A DNA stretch of 64,000 nucleotides from a virus (lineage: Duplodnaviria; Caudoviricetes), in IMG/VR virus record IMGVR_UViG_3300038828_000048, positions 58,260 through 122,259 of that record. One strand, written 5' to 3'. The translations under genes were made by a program, and so were the position numbers. This document shows positions 53,281 to 61,943 of this stretch, piece by piece (position 1 is the stretch's first letter; every line of letters begins with the position of its first letter). The notes beneath the pieces were generated by a model. That model was not told where the DNA came from. It made no database searches and saw nothing but the letters and a program-made list of their open reading frames with translations.

Positions 53281-53801
53281 ACTAATTGGATTTTATTGTT
53301 TGCAAATTCGATATCCCATTCTGTTTTCGGAAGTAGTGATTTGATATGTTCATCAAATGAATTACTTCTTAAGTATATTTTACCTTCTGTTGCACAGTAC
53401 ATACCTCCAGCGTGAAAACAGTTTTTCATATCTTCAATAGTAAATAACTTATCTTTTGAAAGTTCTTGATGTGCTTTGAAACCTTCGATATAACCGATCA
53501 TTGCACCAGGAGCTTGCGAACTCATTTTCAATTTACCAACAATAAATTTTTCAGCCATCTCCTCAACGCTATATTCATTGATAAGTTCTTCTACTTTTGA
53601 TAAAGGAATTGATTTAATTTTATAAAAAACTAACATATCCCCTGTAACAGTTTTTGTTGATTCTAACGGTTTAGTTGAATAAGTGATTTTCTTACAATCC
53701 TTACAAAAAGTATCAGATTCTATACTTTCTTTTGATAAATATCTAGTTATAGCTTTATCATTCAGACATATTTTAAAATCTCCTTTTAATTTCGGAATCA
53801 T
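53277..53801 (-). CDS. Hypothetical protein
   Basis: 174 aa ORF. Confidence 0.6.
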   Translation of the reverse strand: MIPKLKGDFKICLNDKAITRYLSKESIESDTFCKDCKKITYSTKPLESTKTVTGDMLVFYKIKSIPLSKVEELINEYSVEEMAEKFIVGKLKMSSQAPGAMIGYIEGFKAHQELSKDKLFTIEDMKNCFHAGGMYCATEGKIYLRSNSFDEHIKSLLPKTEWDIEFANNKIQLV

Positions 53802-53830
53802 CCACTATTACGTAATAAGTATCTGATATT

Positions 53831-54196
53831 TTAACTAACTTTGTTTGCATAATATGAATTTAAAAATGAGTAAATTGCTTCTACTACCCCACCTTTATTA
53901 AAATTTAATAAAACATCGGTAAATCTATAGTTAAACTCAGATTCACAAATCAAAGGTTTTATCTTAGTTAGTACTTCCATTATCCAATTCCAATCTGAAT
54001 GAAATTTTAAGGGATGAAAAGAAGGCTCGCATAGTGCATACCAATCATCTTCTACATAGTCTTGAAGTCTATTAGACCATTCTGACCAAGCTTTATCGGG
54101 TATTCTTACTACATTTCTACCATGTACCTTATCTTTTTTATAACCTAAAAACTCAGCACATCTTTTATTATACTCCGATGTTTCAATAGTATTCAT
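53831..54196 (-). CDS. Hypothetical protein (paralog of 54323..54706)
   Basis: FHSDWNWIMEV...IYSFLNSYY. Confidence 0.65.
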   Translation of the reverse strand: MNTIETSEYNKRCAEFLGYKKDKVHGRNVVRIPDKAWSEWSNRLQDYVEDDWYALCEPSFHPLKFHSDWNWIMEVLTKIKPLICESEFNYRFTDVLLNFNKGGVVEAIYSFLNSYYANKVS

Positions 54197-54369
54197 ATTA
54201 ATCTAGTTATATACACTTCAATAAAAGAAGTTTGTTTAAGTAAATTGGTTTTTAATTTTCTTGCTTTTTGTTCTGTAGAACATCTTGTAAATTTATACCT
54301 AGGTTTCCAATTACTTTTACCTCTATTCCAAATTATCCAACTGACAAAGTATGGTTTTGTTGTTTCCAT
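54193..54369 (-). CDS. Small hypothetical protein (58 aa)
   Basis: METTKPYFVSWIIWNRG...; stop overlaps next ATG. Confidence 0.4.
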   Translation of the reverse strand: METTKPYFVSWIIWNRGKSNWKPRYKFTRCSTEQKARKLKTNLLKQTSFIEVYITRLI

Positions 54370-54706
54370 AGTATGAATTTAGAAATGAATAGATTCTTTG
54401 TATTACTTCTTCTTTAGGTGTTCTAAATTGAAGATTCCACATGACTATGGTATTAGTATCCAAAGGTAAAGATTGTATCTTGTATATCACTTTCATAAGT
54501 GCATTCCAATCAGATGCAAAAGGAAGATAACCATCTCTACATAGTACCTTATCTTCTACTCTTACAGTACCGTTATTTCTATCTTTGTGTTCCCAATAAG
54601 AGTGTGTCCAATTACTAGGATTCTTACGCATACAAGGAGAAACTAATTCATAATCTAAAAATATAGCACATAGAAAATTAAATGTGTTTTTATCTTCTTT
54701 ACTCAT
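54323..54706 (-). CDS. Hypothetical protein (paralog of 53831..54196)
   Basis: FASDWNALMKV...IYSFLNSYY. Confidence 0.65.
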   Translation of the reverse strand: MSKEDKNTFNFLCAIFLDYELVSPCMRKNPSNWTHSYWEHKDRNNGTVRVEDKVLCRDGYLPFASDWNALMKVIYKIQSLPLDTNTIVMWNLQFRTPKEEVIQRIYSFLNSYYGNNKTILCQLDNLE

Positions 54707-54890
54707 GGTATATCCATTTTAATTTTGTTATTGAACTTTCAATTTGTTGATTCCATCTTTGTATTAACTCAGAGAAAGAATTTACACCCCAATATATTTT
54801 TTGCTCAATTAACTCATCATCTGTTAAAAACTTTATTTTGTTATAACATACTCTATTGTCTTTTAAACAAATACAAGTGTACTTATACAT
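54699..54890 (-). CDS. Hypothetical protein
   Basis: 63 aa ORF. Confidence 0.5.
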   Translation of the reverse strand: MYKYTCICLKDNRVCYNKIKFLTDDELIEQKIYWGVNSFSELIQRWNQQIESSITKLKWIYHE

Positions 54891-54896
54891 GATTAG

Positions 54897-54941
54897 TTAT
54901 TGATTATCAACTAAACTTCTGTACTGTATAAAACCACGGAA
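54897..54941 (-). pseudogene. thyX: Orphaned original 3' end of thyX
   Basis: FRGFIQYRSLVDNQ* right after GIY-YIG stop; matches current end FKGWNQYRKIL. Confidence 0.7.
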
Positions 54942-54942
54942 A

Positions 54943-55716
54943 TCAATATTTCCAAATAAAACCACCAGACGATTTACTTCTACCGTTAGCGCAATTAGAA
55001 ATACCTTTACCAGTGCTTTTTTCAGCTTCTTTAACTGAACTCCATTCCTTAATAAAATTATGTTGTAAATCATATTGTTTAACTTTTTTTGATTTATTAT
55101 TATTTGTTTTTAACCCTTTGTTCCAAGCTTTCTTTTCTTTTTTATATCTCAATTCACCAATAGGATTTTCAGAGTAACACCACCTATACCCAAAAGCAGA
55201 GTATCTTTTGTTTTCACAACAAGATGAGATTGTAGAACAAAATGTCTCATCTTTACCTATAAATCTACAAGCTTGAGCAATAGAATCGAAAACATGTAAT
55301 ATCTCTAGTGTTTCATACTCTAACATTCTAACAGATTTTTGTTTATCTATCCATGTTTTTGCTGGAGGTTTCACATTGTTTTTTATTGCATAAATTCTTT
55401 TTTTATTTTTTTGTTCATCTGTATTTTTTATACCTATTGTACTCCCAGCTTTTTTTGCTATATTATAAAGTGGGTAAAGTAAATCAAAATAATATTGTTC
55501 TTTTTCAATTAGTTTTTCTTTTTTACAATTTTCTATGATTTCAAATATAAAATTATCTATCCCATATTTATTAACAGCTCTCTGTAAAATTATGGAGTGG
55601 TGAGTTCCTTTTCTTAAAGATCTAAAATGTGTGTTTTTTCTTTGTTTTAAGTTGCAAGAACTACCAATATAAAAATCACCAGTTATATTATTTAATATTT
55701 TATAAATACCTATCAT
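54943..55716 (-). CDS. GIY-YIG homing endonuclease with NUMOD1-like repeats
   Basis: GIYKI..FYIGSS..R; FDSIAQA...SAFGYRW and WSSVKEA...SSGGFIWKY. Confidence 0.9.
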   Translation of the reverse strand: MIGIYKILNNITGDFYIGSSCNLKQRKNTHFRSLRKGTHHSIILQRAVNKYGIDNFIFEIIENCKKEKLIEKEQYYFDLLYPLYNIAKKAGSTIGIKNTDEQKNKKRIYAIKNNVKPPAKTWIDKQKSVRMLEYETLEILHVFDSIAQACRFIGKDETFCSTISSCCENKRYSAFGYRWCYSENPIGELRYKKEKKAWNKGLKTNNNKSKKVKQYDLQHNFIKEWSSVKEAEKSTGKGISNCANGRSKSSGGFIWKY

Positions 55717-55741
55717 AATTTTAGCACTTTGTATTATAGAA

Positions 55742-55749
55742 CAAAGATA
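55742..55749 (-). promoter_or_regulatory. Bacteroidetes -7 element for GIY-YIG gene
   Basis: TATCTTTG on - strand upstream of ATG 55716. Confidence 0.5.
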
Positions 55750-55772
55750 CTAAAATTATGATAAATTTAAAA

Positions 55773-56300
55773 TTATAGTTTTCCTTCTAATTCTAAAATT
55801 TTACGGTACTGATTCCAACCTTTAAAATTACCGTACCAATTAGAATTATCAACACATATTGCAACATGTTCTGTAGGTGATGCATGCCCTGATTCCACCA
55901 ACATATCATGTAATCGGATATCAGCTTCATAATCAATCTTTGGATTGTCTCCAAGTGTTTCATAGGAAATACGAGCACAACGAGCAACGCTTACCTTTAT
56001 CATTAATTGCTGTAACTCTTCATTTGTTAGACCTCTATCTGCATGTTTAAAACTGTCAAAACTTGAATGAGATAAATCTATACCATCACCAAAAGGTAAA
56101 TGATACTCTCCAGGTTGTAGCTTCTTAGGGGTACTCCCACTCATTACATCCCACATAGCTTCTGCTAGAGCCATCATGTGAATTTCAGCTTGACCTTTGT
56201 TTATAGATAACCATTTTTCTTCTGACCAATTACTTGTATCTATACCTTTTTCTGCAAGATATTTACTTACGTCTTTTCTGCTTCTAAATTGATGTTTCAT
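55773..56300 (-). CDS. thyX: Flavin-dependent thymidylate synthase, C-terminal fragment
   Basis: QAEIH..LA, HLPF, SVARCARISY, HASPTEHVA, GNFKGW.QYR. Confidence 0.8.
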   Translation of the reverse strand: MKHQFRSRKDVSKYLAEKGIDTSNWSEEKWLSINKGQAEIHMMALAEAMWDVMSGSTPKKLQPGEYHLPFGDGIDLSHSSFDSFKHADRGLTNEELQQLMIKVSVARCARISYETLGDNPKIDYEADIRLHDMLVESGHASPTEHVAICVDNSNWYGNFKGWNQYRKILELEGKL

Positions 56301-56586
56301 TTTTTCTTTTTATTTCTGATTCAAAACTATTATCCCAAATACACTCTCGTAAATTTTCTCCCTCATAAACTTCTATTGTACTTTGTCCATCATTTTCAGA
56401 AGGAGTAATAAATTCTTCTGTGTCAAAAAGAGTTTCGCATTCTATAAATTCTAATTCAGGAACATTACATAATTCAGCAGGTAAATAACCTTTTTCTAGT
56501 TTTTTAATAGCTTGTTGCATATTAGCAGCGTCCTCAAAATGAAGTCTTTGCCAAATTGTTACTTTTATATCTATATATTTACTCAT
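56284..56586 (-). CDS. Hypothetical protein (paralog of 57748..58044) inside split thyX
   Basis: K.TIW.R...DTEE...TIE...CIW.N shared. Confidence 0.65.
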   Translation of the reverse strand: MSKYIDIKVTIWQRLHFEDAANMQQAIKKLEKGYLPAELCNVPELEFIECETLFDTEEFITPSENDGQSTIEVYEGENLRECIWDNSFESEIKRKNETSI

Positions 56587-57025
56587 TTTTATAAATTTTT
56601 AAAATCCATTCTGCGTATTCAATTAAATCTTCTGGTCTTTGTCCTTTTGGTTGTTTAGTTACCCATAGCTCAAGATTTTCAGGTCTATTATCTGTTTTAT
56701 TTCCATTTTTATGATGAACAGACTCAAAAGAATGTAATTTTCGACCTAATATGTTTTCCATAACATACCTGTGTTCTAAATTCCAATCTCTAGTATTAAA
56801 ACCTTTTCCTTTTTCTACTTTTATAAGTACATAACCGTAAGAATTTATTTTTTTACTACCTAATTCTGATTCACGTTCTTTTGATATTCCGTTAGGATAA
56901 CGTCTATTTCTTTCGTGTTCTTCGTAATGTAGTTTTCTATAACAGTTTTTACATAAACCTCTGCTATGTACTTCTCTTTCACAACCATTGGAACAATTTC
57001 CTATTCTTGTTTTCTTTCTTCCCAT
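56579..57025 (-). CDS. HNH homing endonuclease (own start codon)
   Basis: MGRKK..C..GC....RGLC..CY; GYV..EHR.VME..LGR.L...E.VHHKNG.K.DNRPENLELW. Confidence 0.8.
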   Translation of the reverse strand: MGRKKTRIGNCSNGCEREVHSRGLCKNCYRKLHYEEHERNRRYPNGISKERESELGSKKINSYGYVLIKVEKGKGFNTRDWNLEHRYVMENILGRKLHSFESVHHKNGNKTDNRPENLELWVTKQPKGQRPEDLIEYAEWILKIYKNE

Positions 57026-57541
57026 AATTTTTACATTTAGTGCAAATGTAACTAAATTATTTAGAGTGTCAAGTTTTTCATCATCAATTTCGTAAATTGG
57101 ACACCTGAGTTCAAAAAAGTTAGAGAATCCTGTGGCCGATATTATAACTGTATGCCACATAAAAGGTTCAAGAAGTCTATTACAAAGTTGTTTTGTTACA
57201 TTAGAATTATGTAATCCTGTTGCAATTTGTACAGCAGAATTTCTTGCATCTAACCACCCTTCTACTAATTTATGAACGTTTTCTCCTGTTTCAGATTGAA
57301 AATATTCGTTCCCTTGCATACCTTTATGGTCTTTTTGCCATGCAATAGGAATAAAAGGATTTTCTTCAACCATTTTAACCATCTTTTCAAATGGTATTGC
57401 TCTACTACTTGCAGAATTTCTACTAAACATTCTATGAGTATTTAATTCCGCTAATATAAATCTGGGGAATGTTACTACCATTGTTGTTAATCGGTCACCT
57501 TGTGGATTAACACTATCTGCTAAAATTTTTGCTGAGATCAT
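56579..57541 (-). CDS. thyX: ThyX N-terminal fragment fused in frame to an HNH endonuclease
   Basis: PRFILAELNTHRMFSRNSASSRAIP, KQLCNRLLEPF, NFFELR, then HNH domain. Confidence 0.8.
   Translation of the reverse strand: MISAKILADSVNPQGDRLTTMVVTFPRFILAELNTHRMFSRNSASSRAIPFEKMVKMVEENPFIPIAWQKDHKGMQGNEYFQSETGENVHKLVEGWLDARNSAVQIATGLHNSNVTKQLCNRLLEPFMWHTVIISATGFSNFFELRCPIYEIDDEKLDTLNNLVTFALNVKIMGRKKTRIGNCSNGCEREVHSRGLCKNCYRKLHYEEHERNRRYPNGISKERESELGSKKINSYGYVLIKVEKGKGFNTRDWNLEHRYVMENILGRKLHSFESVHHKNGNKTDNRPENLELWVTKQPKGQRPEDLIEYAEWILKIYKNE
57043..57072 (-). promoter_or_regulatory. Bacteroidetes -33/-7 promoter for internal HNH gene
   Basis: TTG-N19-TACATTTG on - strand, just upstream of ATG 57025. 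Confidence 0.7.
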
Positions 57542-57542
57542 T

Positions 57543-57782
57543 TTAATATTTTAAACTTGTTTTTAAATAATTATTCAAATCCATATCTGGTAAACACCTA
57601 GTTACATATTTCCAATTACCTTCTTTGGTTACCATCCAGATTTGACCTTGATATTTAGAAAAACAATCCCTACCACCATTTGCAACTAAGAATCTTCGTA
57701 ATTCAGCAAATGTAGTAGGGTGTTTTTCTCCTTTATCTTTTACCATACTATCTTTGGGTTCTATCTGTAATACCATCGACAT
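57543..57782 (-). CDS. Hypothetical protein
   Basis: 79 aa ORF. Confidence 0.5.
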   Translation of the reverse strand: MSMVLQIEPKDSMVKDKGEKHPTTFAELRRFLVANGGRDCFSKYQGQIWMVTKEGNWKYVTRCLPDMDLNNYLKTSLKY

Positions 57783-58044
57783 TATTCCAAATACATTGTA
57801 AACCTACTTTACCTTCTTGGTACTCCATCAATTCTATGGTAGCATTACCACCATTATCTTCAACCGATAATTCTTCTTCAGTATCGTAGAGAACAGAGAA
57901 TTGACTGTTAATATCATCATCAGGATAACCTATATCGTTTGGGGATAAACCTTCTTGTAATTTATCTAAAACTTCTTCTTTGGTAATCTTGGATTCATCT
58001 AGTTCTATTCTACCCCAGATTGTACATTTATAATGTATCTCCAT
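57748..58044 (-). CDS. Hypothetical protein (paralog of 56284..56586)
   Basis: 98 aa, acidic. Confidence 0.6.
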   Translation of the reverse strand: MEIHYKCTIWGRIELDESKITKEEVLDKLQEGLSPNDIGYPDDDINSQFSVLYDTEEELSVEDNGGNATIELMEYQEGKVGLQCIWNNVDGITDRTQR

Positions 58045-58069
58045 AGTTAATTACTATAGTTAAATCTTT

Positions 58070-58276
58070 TTAAAAGTGCTCGTTGAGAAGTATCAAGAGC
58101 ATCATACATTTTTCACAAATTGATAAATGACTAGCATACCAAAATTCATCTATGAATTCTTTTGATTCTTTTAATCCATTTTTAATTTTACTATCATGTA
58201 TCAGTTTTACAGCATTTAACTTACGATTATGATCAAAGTGATCATCCATTACTTCAATAAATGTTTTTTGATTCAT
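58070..58276 (-). CDS. Ribosomal L7/L12 C-terminal-like small protein
   Basis: KLNAVKLI......GLKESKEFID. Confidence 0.45.
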   Translation of the reverse strand: MNQKTFIEVMDDHFDHNRKLNAVKLIHDSKIKNGLKESKEFIDEFWYASHLSICEKCMMLLILLNEHF

Positions 58277-58277
58277 T

Positions 58278-59129
58278 TTAAATTATTTTTTCGTTAACTA
58301 ATATTGTTCTCACTTTCTCTACAAGCTCTTCAATTGTACCTGAATTATCTATTACATAATCCCAATCAGTTACGTGATCAAGAGCTACTTCTGATTCATG
58401 CTGTGGTTTTCTACTACAAGGTGTTAAACAATCTAATGAAGAATCATCTACGCAAACACAAGTACTGCTATATCTGTTCACTCTAATAGTGATACCATTT
58501 CGTTTCTTCACCGCTTCTAACTCGTTGGGGAATCTCATGTCCGCTATGATCCAATTTGGATATCTATTTTCATAAAGACCTGTATCATTTCTCCAATTTT
58601 CTCTATAAGGACTACCTTTATAATCACTCATTAAAGCATTTACCCATATATCATGATGAAGTTGCTTTCTGAAAAGTTCAGTACCTATAAATTGAAGTAA
58701 TTTTCTTGGTGTATAAGATTCTTTATAAGCTGTTTGATGATTAGTTTTCAACTCTTCTTCATATTTTTCCTTATTGCAAGCTTCGTTAATCATGATGGGA
58801 GATTCTCCAGTATAATAAAAACCATTAGCATATCCGTATCTGACCCATTCTTCCCCTAATTCTTTATTCTTAAATTCTTGATTTTCCAATTCTTCTCTAG
58901 TGCAACCAATGAGTAAGCAAACTATGTCTTTCAACTTACTTGCAAAAGATACTTGTTTCCAACCAGACATTTGATAACCAAAATCGAATTTATCAAAATC
59001 TTTTAAACTATAATTTGAAAAAGATATTCTACCAGATTCTACTCTATCCTTCCAAACTAAATATTGAATTATTGAACCAACTGTGTTTTTCCCACTCCCT
59101 ATCTTACCGCTCAATGCTATTAATGCCAT
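58278..59129 (-). CDS. Deoxynucleoside monophosphate kinase
   Basis: P-loop SGKIGSGK, SFASKLK, TPRKLLQFIGTE..R, D.RFPNE, HESE.ALD. Confidence 0.9.
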   Translation of the reverse strand: MALIALSGKIGSGKNTVGSIIQYLVWKDRVESGRISFSNYSLKDFDKFDFGYQMSGWKQVSFASKLKDIVCLLIGCTREELENQEFKNKELGEEWVRYGYANGFYYTGESPIMINEACNKEKYEEELKTNHQTAYKESYTPRKLLQFIGTELFRKQLHHDIWVNALMSDYKGSPYRENWRNDTGLYENRYPNWIIADMRFPNELEAVKKRNGITIRVNRYSSTCVCVDDSSLDCLTPCSRKPQHESEVALDHVTDWDYVIDNSGTIEELVEKVRTILVNEKII

Positions 59130-59139
59130 GTTTTTTGTT

Positions 59140-59409
59140 TTAATAAGTTAAATTTAATTCTTCTTCTAATTCTTTTATCAAATCTGGTACATCTTCTTTA
59201 AGTACAAATCTGCTGAACAGGAAGTATTGATAAGGAAAATTACCTGATAGATCTATTTCTTCTACTTAAATACCTAATTCTCCACCTATCTGATGTATTT
59301 TATCAAAAGCAGATACAGTATATGTTTTACTTCTTTTTATCCAGAGAGAAGCTGGAAAATCTGCTGGTCTATTTGCATCATTTATACAAACAACTTCTTT
59401 ACCTATCAT
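59140..59409 (-). pseudogene. Small phage gene with single in-frame TAA
   Basis: MIGKEVVCINDANRP...ELGI*VEEIDLSGNFPYQYF...; TAA at 59266-59268. Confidence 0.55.
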
Positions 59410-59749
59410 ACTTTATTCTTGTTATAACACCATTTAATAGTTCATCTAAAGAAAGATAACCAACACCAATGAACGGTATTTTACCTTCTTCTTCTACGTT
59501 CCAATCCCATTGAAATCTGATACTAAGTCTGTTTAAAGAATCTAATTTAAAATGGTTAAACTCTTTAAAACCTACAACACTTTTACTAAGTATTTCAGAA
59601 ACGATTTTATGAGCATTTAAATCTTCTTCAGACCATTCATTTTTATTTGGGTAAGTGTACCCTACATTTTGAAAACTTAGGTTTGGAAACTCTTTTTGAA
59701 TTTTTATTAACTCACTGTATTGATCTTGATTGATTCTGTTGATTGTCAT
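59399..59749 (-). CDS. Hypothetical protein
   Basis: 116 aa ORF. Confidence 0.6.
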   Translation of the reverse strand: MTINRINQDQYSELIKIQKEFPNLSFQNVGYTYPNKNEWSEEDLNAHKIVSEILSKSVVGFKEFNHFKLDSLNRLSIRFQWDWNVEEEGKIPFIGVGYLSLDELLNGVITRIKYDR

Positions 59750-59751
59750 AC

Positions 59752-59973
59752 CTAGATGATTTTACCTTCTTTTATTTTTAATTGTATTAAATCTGATATA
59801 GATACACTGTAATACTTACTTGTTTTTGGTAATTCAGAAATTATCAAATCTCTTTTAACATCTAACATAAAAATACCACCTTGAGTCTGTATCCTATTTT
59901 TTTCATCTAACCACTCTTTAACTTTTTTATCCACGTATTGATTTACATCTTGATCAGTTTTAAGTATTATCAT
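59752..59973 (-). CDS. Hypothetical protein
   Basis: 73 aa ORF. Confidence 0.55.
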   Translation of the reverse strand: MIILKTDQDVNQYVDKKVKEWLDEKNRIQTQGGIFMLDVKRDLIISELPKTSKYYSVSISDLIQLKIKEGKII

Positions 59974-59983
59974 CAGTAAATAT

Positions 59984-60385
59984 TTATTTGATTAATTTTA
60001 AAGCTTTGAATAGACCTGCTTCTAATGCTTCTTCATAGGAAATAAACCATTCATTATCATTATTTTTAGATAAGGTAATTAAATCTTTATCAGCATGTTG
60101 TATTTGAACTTCCCAAGTAATAAAATCTGTTATTGGAGTTATTATTATTGGAGTAGGTAATTCTCGCAACCATTTTTGTAATAAACCTTGTGTTGGCGCT
60201 GAATAATTATCCCACTCATTGTGATTATATTCATCGTTATCTCCATCTTCACCACTACTAAATTGTATTGCACTATCTTCCAAATAACAATAAAATGTTT
60301 TGTAGTCAAATCCTTTTTCTTTAGCTAATACTGCTGTATTAAAATCTATTAATTCTTCTTGCATAATTTTATTATTATTTATCAT
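59984..60385 (-). CDS. Hypothetical phage protein
   Basis: TA.LAKEKGF...APTQ.LLQKWLRE...SYEEALE.GL. Confidence 0.7.
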   Translation of the reverse strand: MINNNKIMQEELIDFNTAVLAKEKGFDYKTFYCYLEDSAIQFSSGEDGDNDEYNHNEWDNYSAPTQGLLQKWLRELPTPIIITPITDFITWEVQIQHADKDLITLSKNNDNEWFISYEEALEAGLFKALKLIK

Positions 60386-60535
60386 AAACTATTTAATTAA
60401 ATTAGTTAAATATAAAGTATCTCCTACATCAAAATTACAATTAGCTATAAATGAATAATCATTTTTATCATAATATATACAAGTTGCGTCATCATATACT
60501 TCAGCACGATCAATATACATCTTTTAATTGTACCT

Positions 60536-60627
60536 ACTTAACAGCGTATATAAGAAATGGCACATAAACATTCGTGCTAAATTTCAAGTTTCTGCAAGTG
60601 CCACTTCTCATATACGCAAACCGAGCA
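60536..60627 (+). repeat. attC-like site 1 (R' lacks TT)
   Basis: ACTTAAC-AGCGTATATAAGAAATGGCAC...GTGCCACTTCTCATATACGC-AAACC-G(--)AGCA; near copy of site 2. Confidence 0.7.
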
Positions 60628-60633
60628 CCAATA

Positions 60634-61020
60634 CTACCTTTCGTGCGGATAAGGAACATATCTAAAATCTCTTATTGAAGAATGGTAAAGATTTTGAATT
60701 TCCCCGTCTAATGGATGATAAAATTTGCCAGATTCATTTGCAGTATAACAGAATGTAGAATCTAATATATTCCCACCATCTCTATTGCAAGAACCTCCAC
60801 CAAAATAATACCTTGTCCCTCCAATACTTTCGTGTAGTGTTTCTTTAACACCAATTACAAATATATTACCAGTACATTCAATAATAATATCTCCAACATT
60901 CGGTTTCCATTTTTTCTGTATCTCATCATTAAAAATACATTCAAGTAAATAATTTTTACTTAACCCTTTGAATGTATCAGGTAAGTAAAATTCTAAATCT
61001 TCTTTTTTAAATTCTTTCAT
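60634..61020 (-). CDS. Cassette 1 hypothetical protein
   Basis: 128 aa between sites 1 and 2. Confidence 0.65.
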   Translation of the reverse strand: MKEFKKEDLEFYLPDTFKGLSKNYLLECIFNDEIQKKWKPNVGDIIIECTGNIFVIGVKETLHESIGGTRYYFGGGSCNRDGGNILDSTFCYTANESGKFYHPLDGEIQNLYHSSIRDFRYVPYPHER

Positions 61021-61052
61021 ATTATTTAATTTTTGTTAATAATCCGTACTGG

Positions 61053-61146
61053 TGCTAACAGCGTATATGAGAAATGACACATAAACATTCGTGCTAAATT
61101 TCAGCATCCTACAAGAGCCACTTCTCATATATGCAAAACGTTATAA
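61053..61146 (+). repeat. attC-like site 2 (intact)
   Basis: TGCTAAC-AGCGTATATGAGAA...TTCTCATATATGC-AAAAC-GTTATAA. Confidence 0.75.
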
Positions 61147-61153
61147 GCAAGTG

Positions 61154-61852
61154 CTACATTTCGTTTCCAAATAGAGTTCCTGCTTGTAAACCTTTTTCTT
61201 TTCTTTTTCCCCACCCACTATTTAGATTATCTTTTGGATATGGAATAATTTTGTGTTTAAGTTCAGATATTATACGCTTTCTGTCTTTTTTGTGAAGTAT
61301 GTACAAATATCTGTGCTTTTTTTTCATTTCAATCCTCTCATAATTTGGGTCAATTTTTATTAGCTCATCAGTTTTAATCGTTCCATATAGAGCGACAACA
61401 CTTCTTGGGTGCATTACCTCACCATTTATCTTATGTAAGTAGCCCTTAATTAGCATAGTATTGTTACCTTGATAAAGCCAATTAGTTGCTTGATAAATTA
61501 TTCCTAAATGGTCTTGCATTGGGTCGCTATAACTTATCAAAACTTTTACTTCTGTATTTTTTCTTAACCAATCAAATGTTTTACCTAAAAAATAACTTTC
61601 ACTATTTTTTGGTGCTTCATCAATCAGCCAAAGTCTTGTAAGTTCTAAAACTTCGCTATTTTCTAAATTAGATGTAATTGATTTAACTGTTTGTCTTCCA
61701 ACAGGAAATCCATATACAGCAACACCAATCAATTCATCTTTATCAAACAAACCAATAGCGTATCTGCAAGAAGTCCATTTGTGCGAGTAATGGTTTTCTA
61801 TAATTAGCTTCTTAGCTACATTCTTATCAATTAAATCAATTCTATAATCCAT
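61154..61852 (-). CDS. Cassette 2: Mom-like adenine-modification (GNAT fold) protein
   Basis: ENHYS, LIGVAVYG.P, LELTRL, NSESYF, LISYSDP..H.G.IYQATNW.Y.G. Confidence 0.75.
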   Translation of the reverse strand: MDYRIDLIDKNVAKKLIIENHYSHKWTSCRYAIGLFDKDELIGVAVYGFPVGRQTVKSITSNLENSEVLELTRLWLIDEAPKNSESYFLGKTFDWLRKNTEVKVLISYSDPMQDHLGIIYQATNWLYQGNNTMLIKGYLHKINGEVMHPRSVVALYGTIKTDELIKIDPNYERIEMKKKHRYLYILHKKDRKRIISELKHKIIPYPKDNLNSGWGKRKEKGLQAGTLFGNEM

Positions 61853-61943
61853 ATTTTAAATTTTTATTTTCCCACCGCACAAAAAAGAAAAGAAAAAGGT
61901 TTCGTCTTTCAATTCAAGTTTTGTGCTATAAATCCGCACCAGC

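Noticed and set aside
56284-57100. Group I intron or intein in thyX
   Set aside because: No non-coding space for a ribozyme core, no C/S...HN intein ends, and the halves are separated by stops and another gene.
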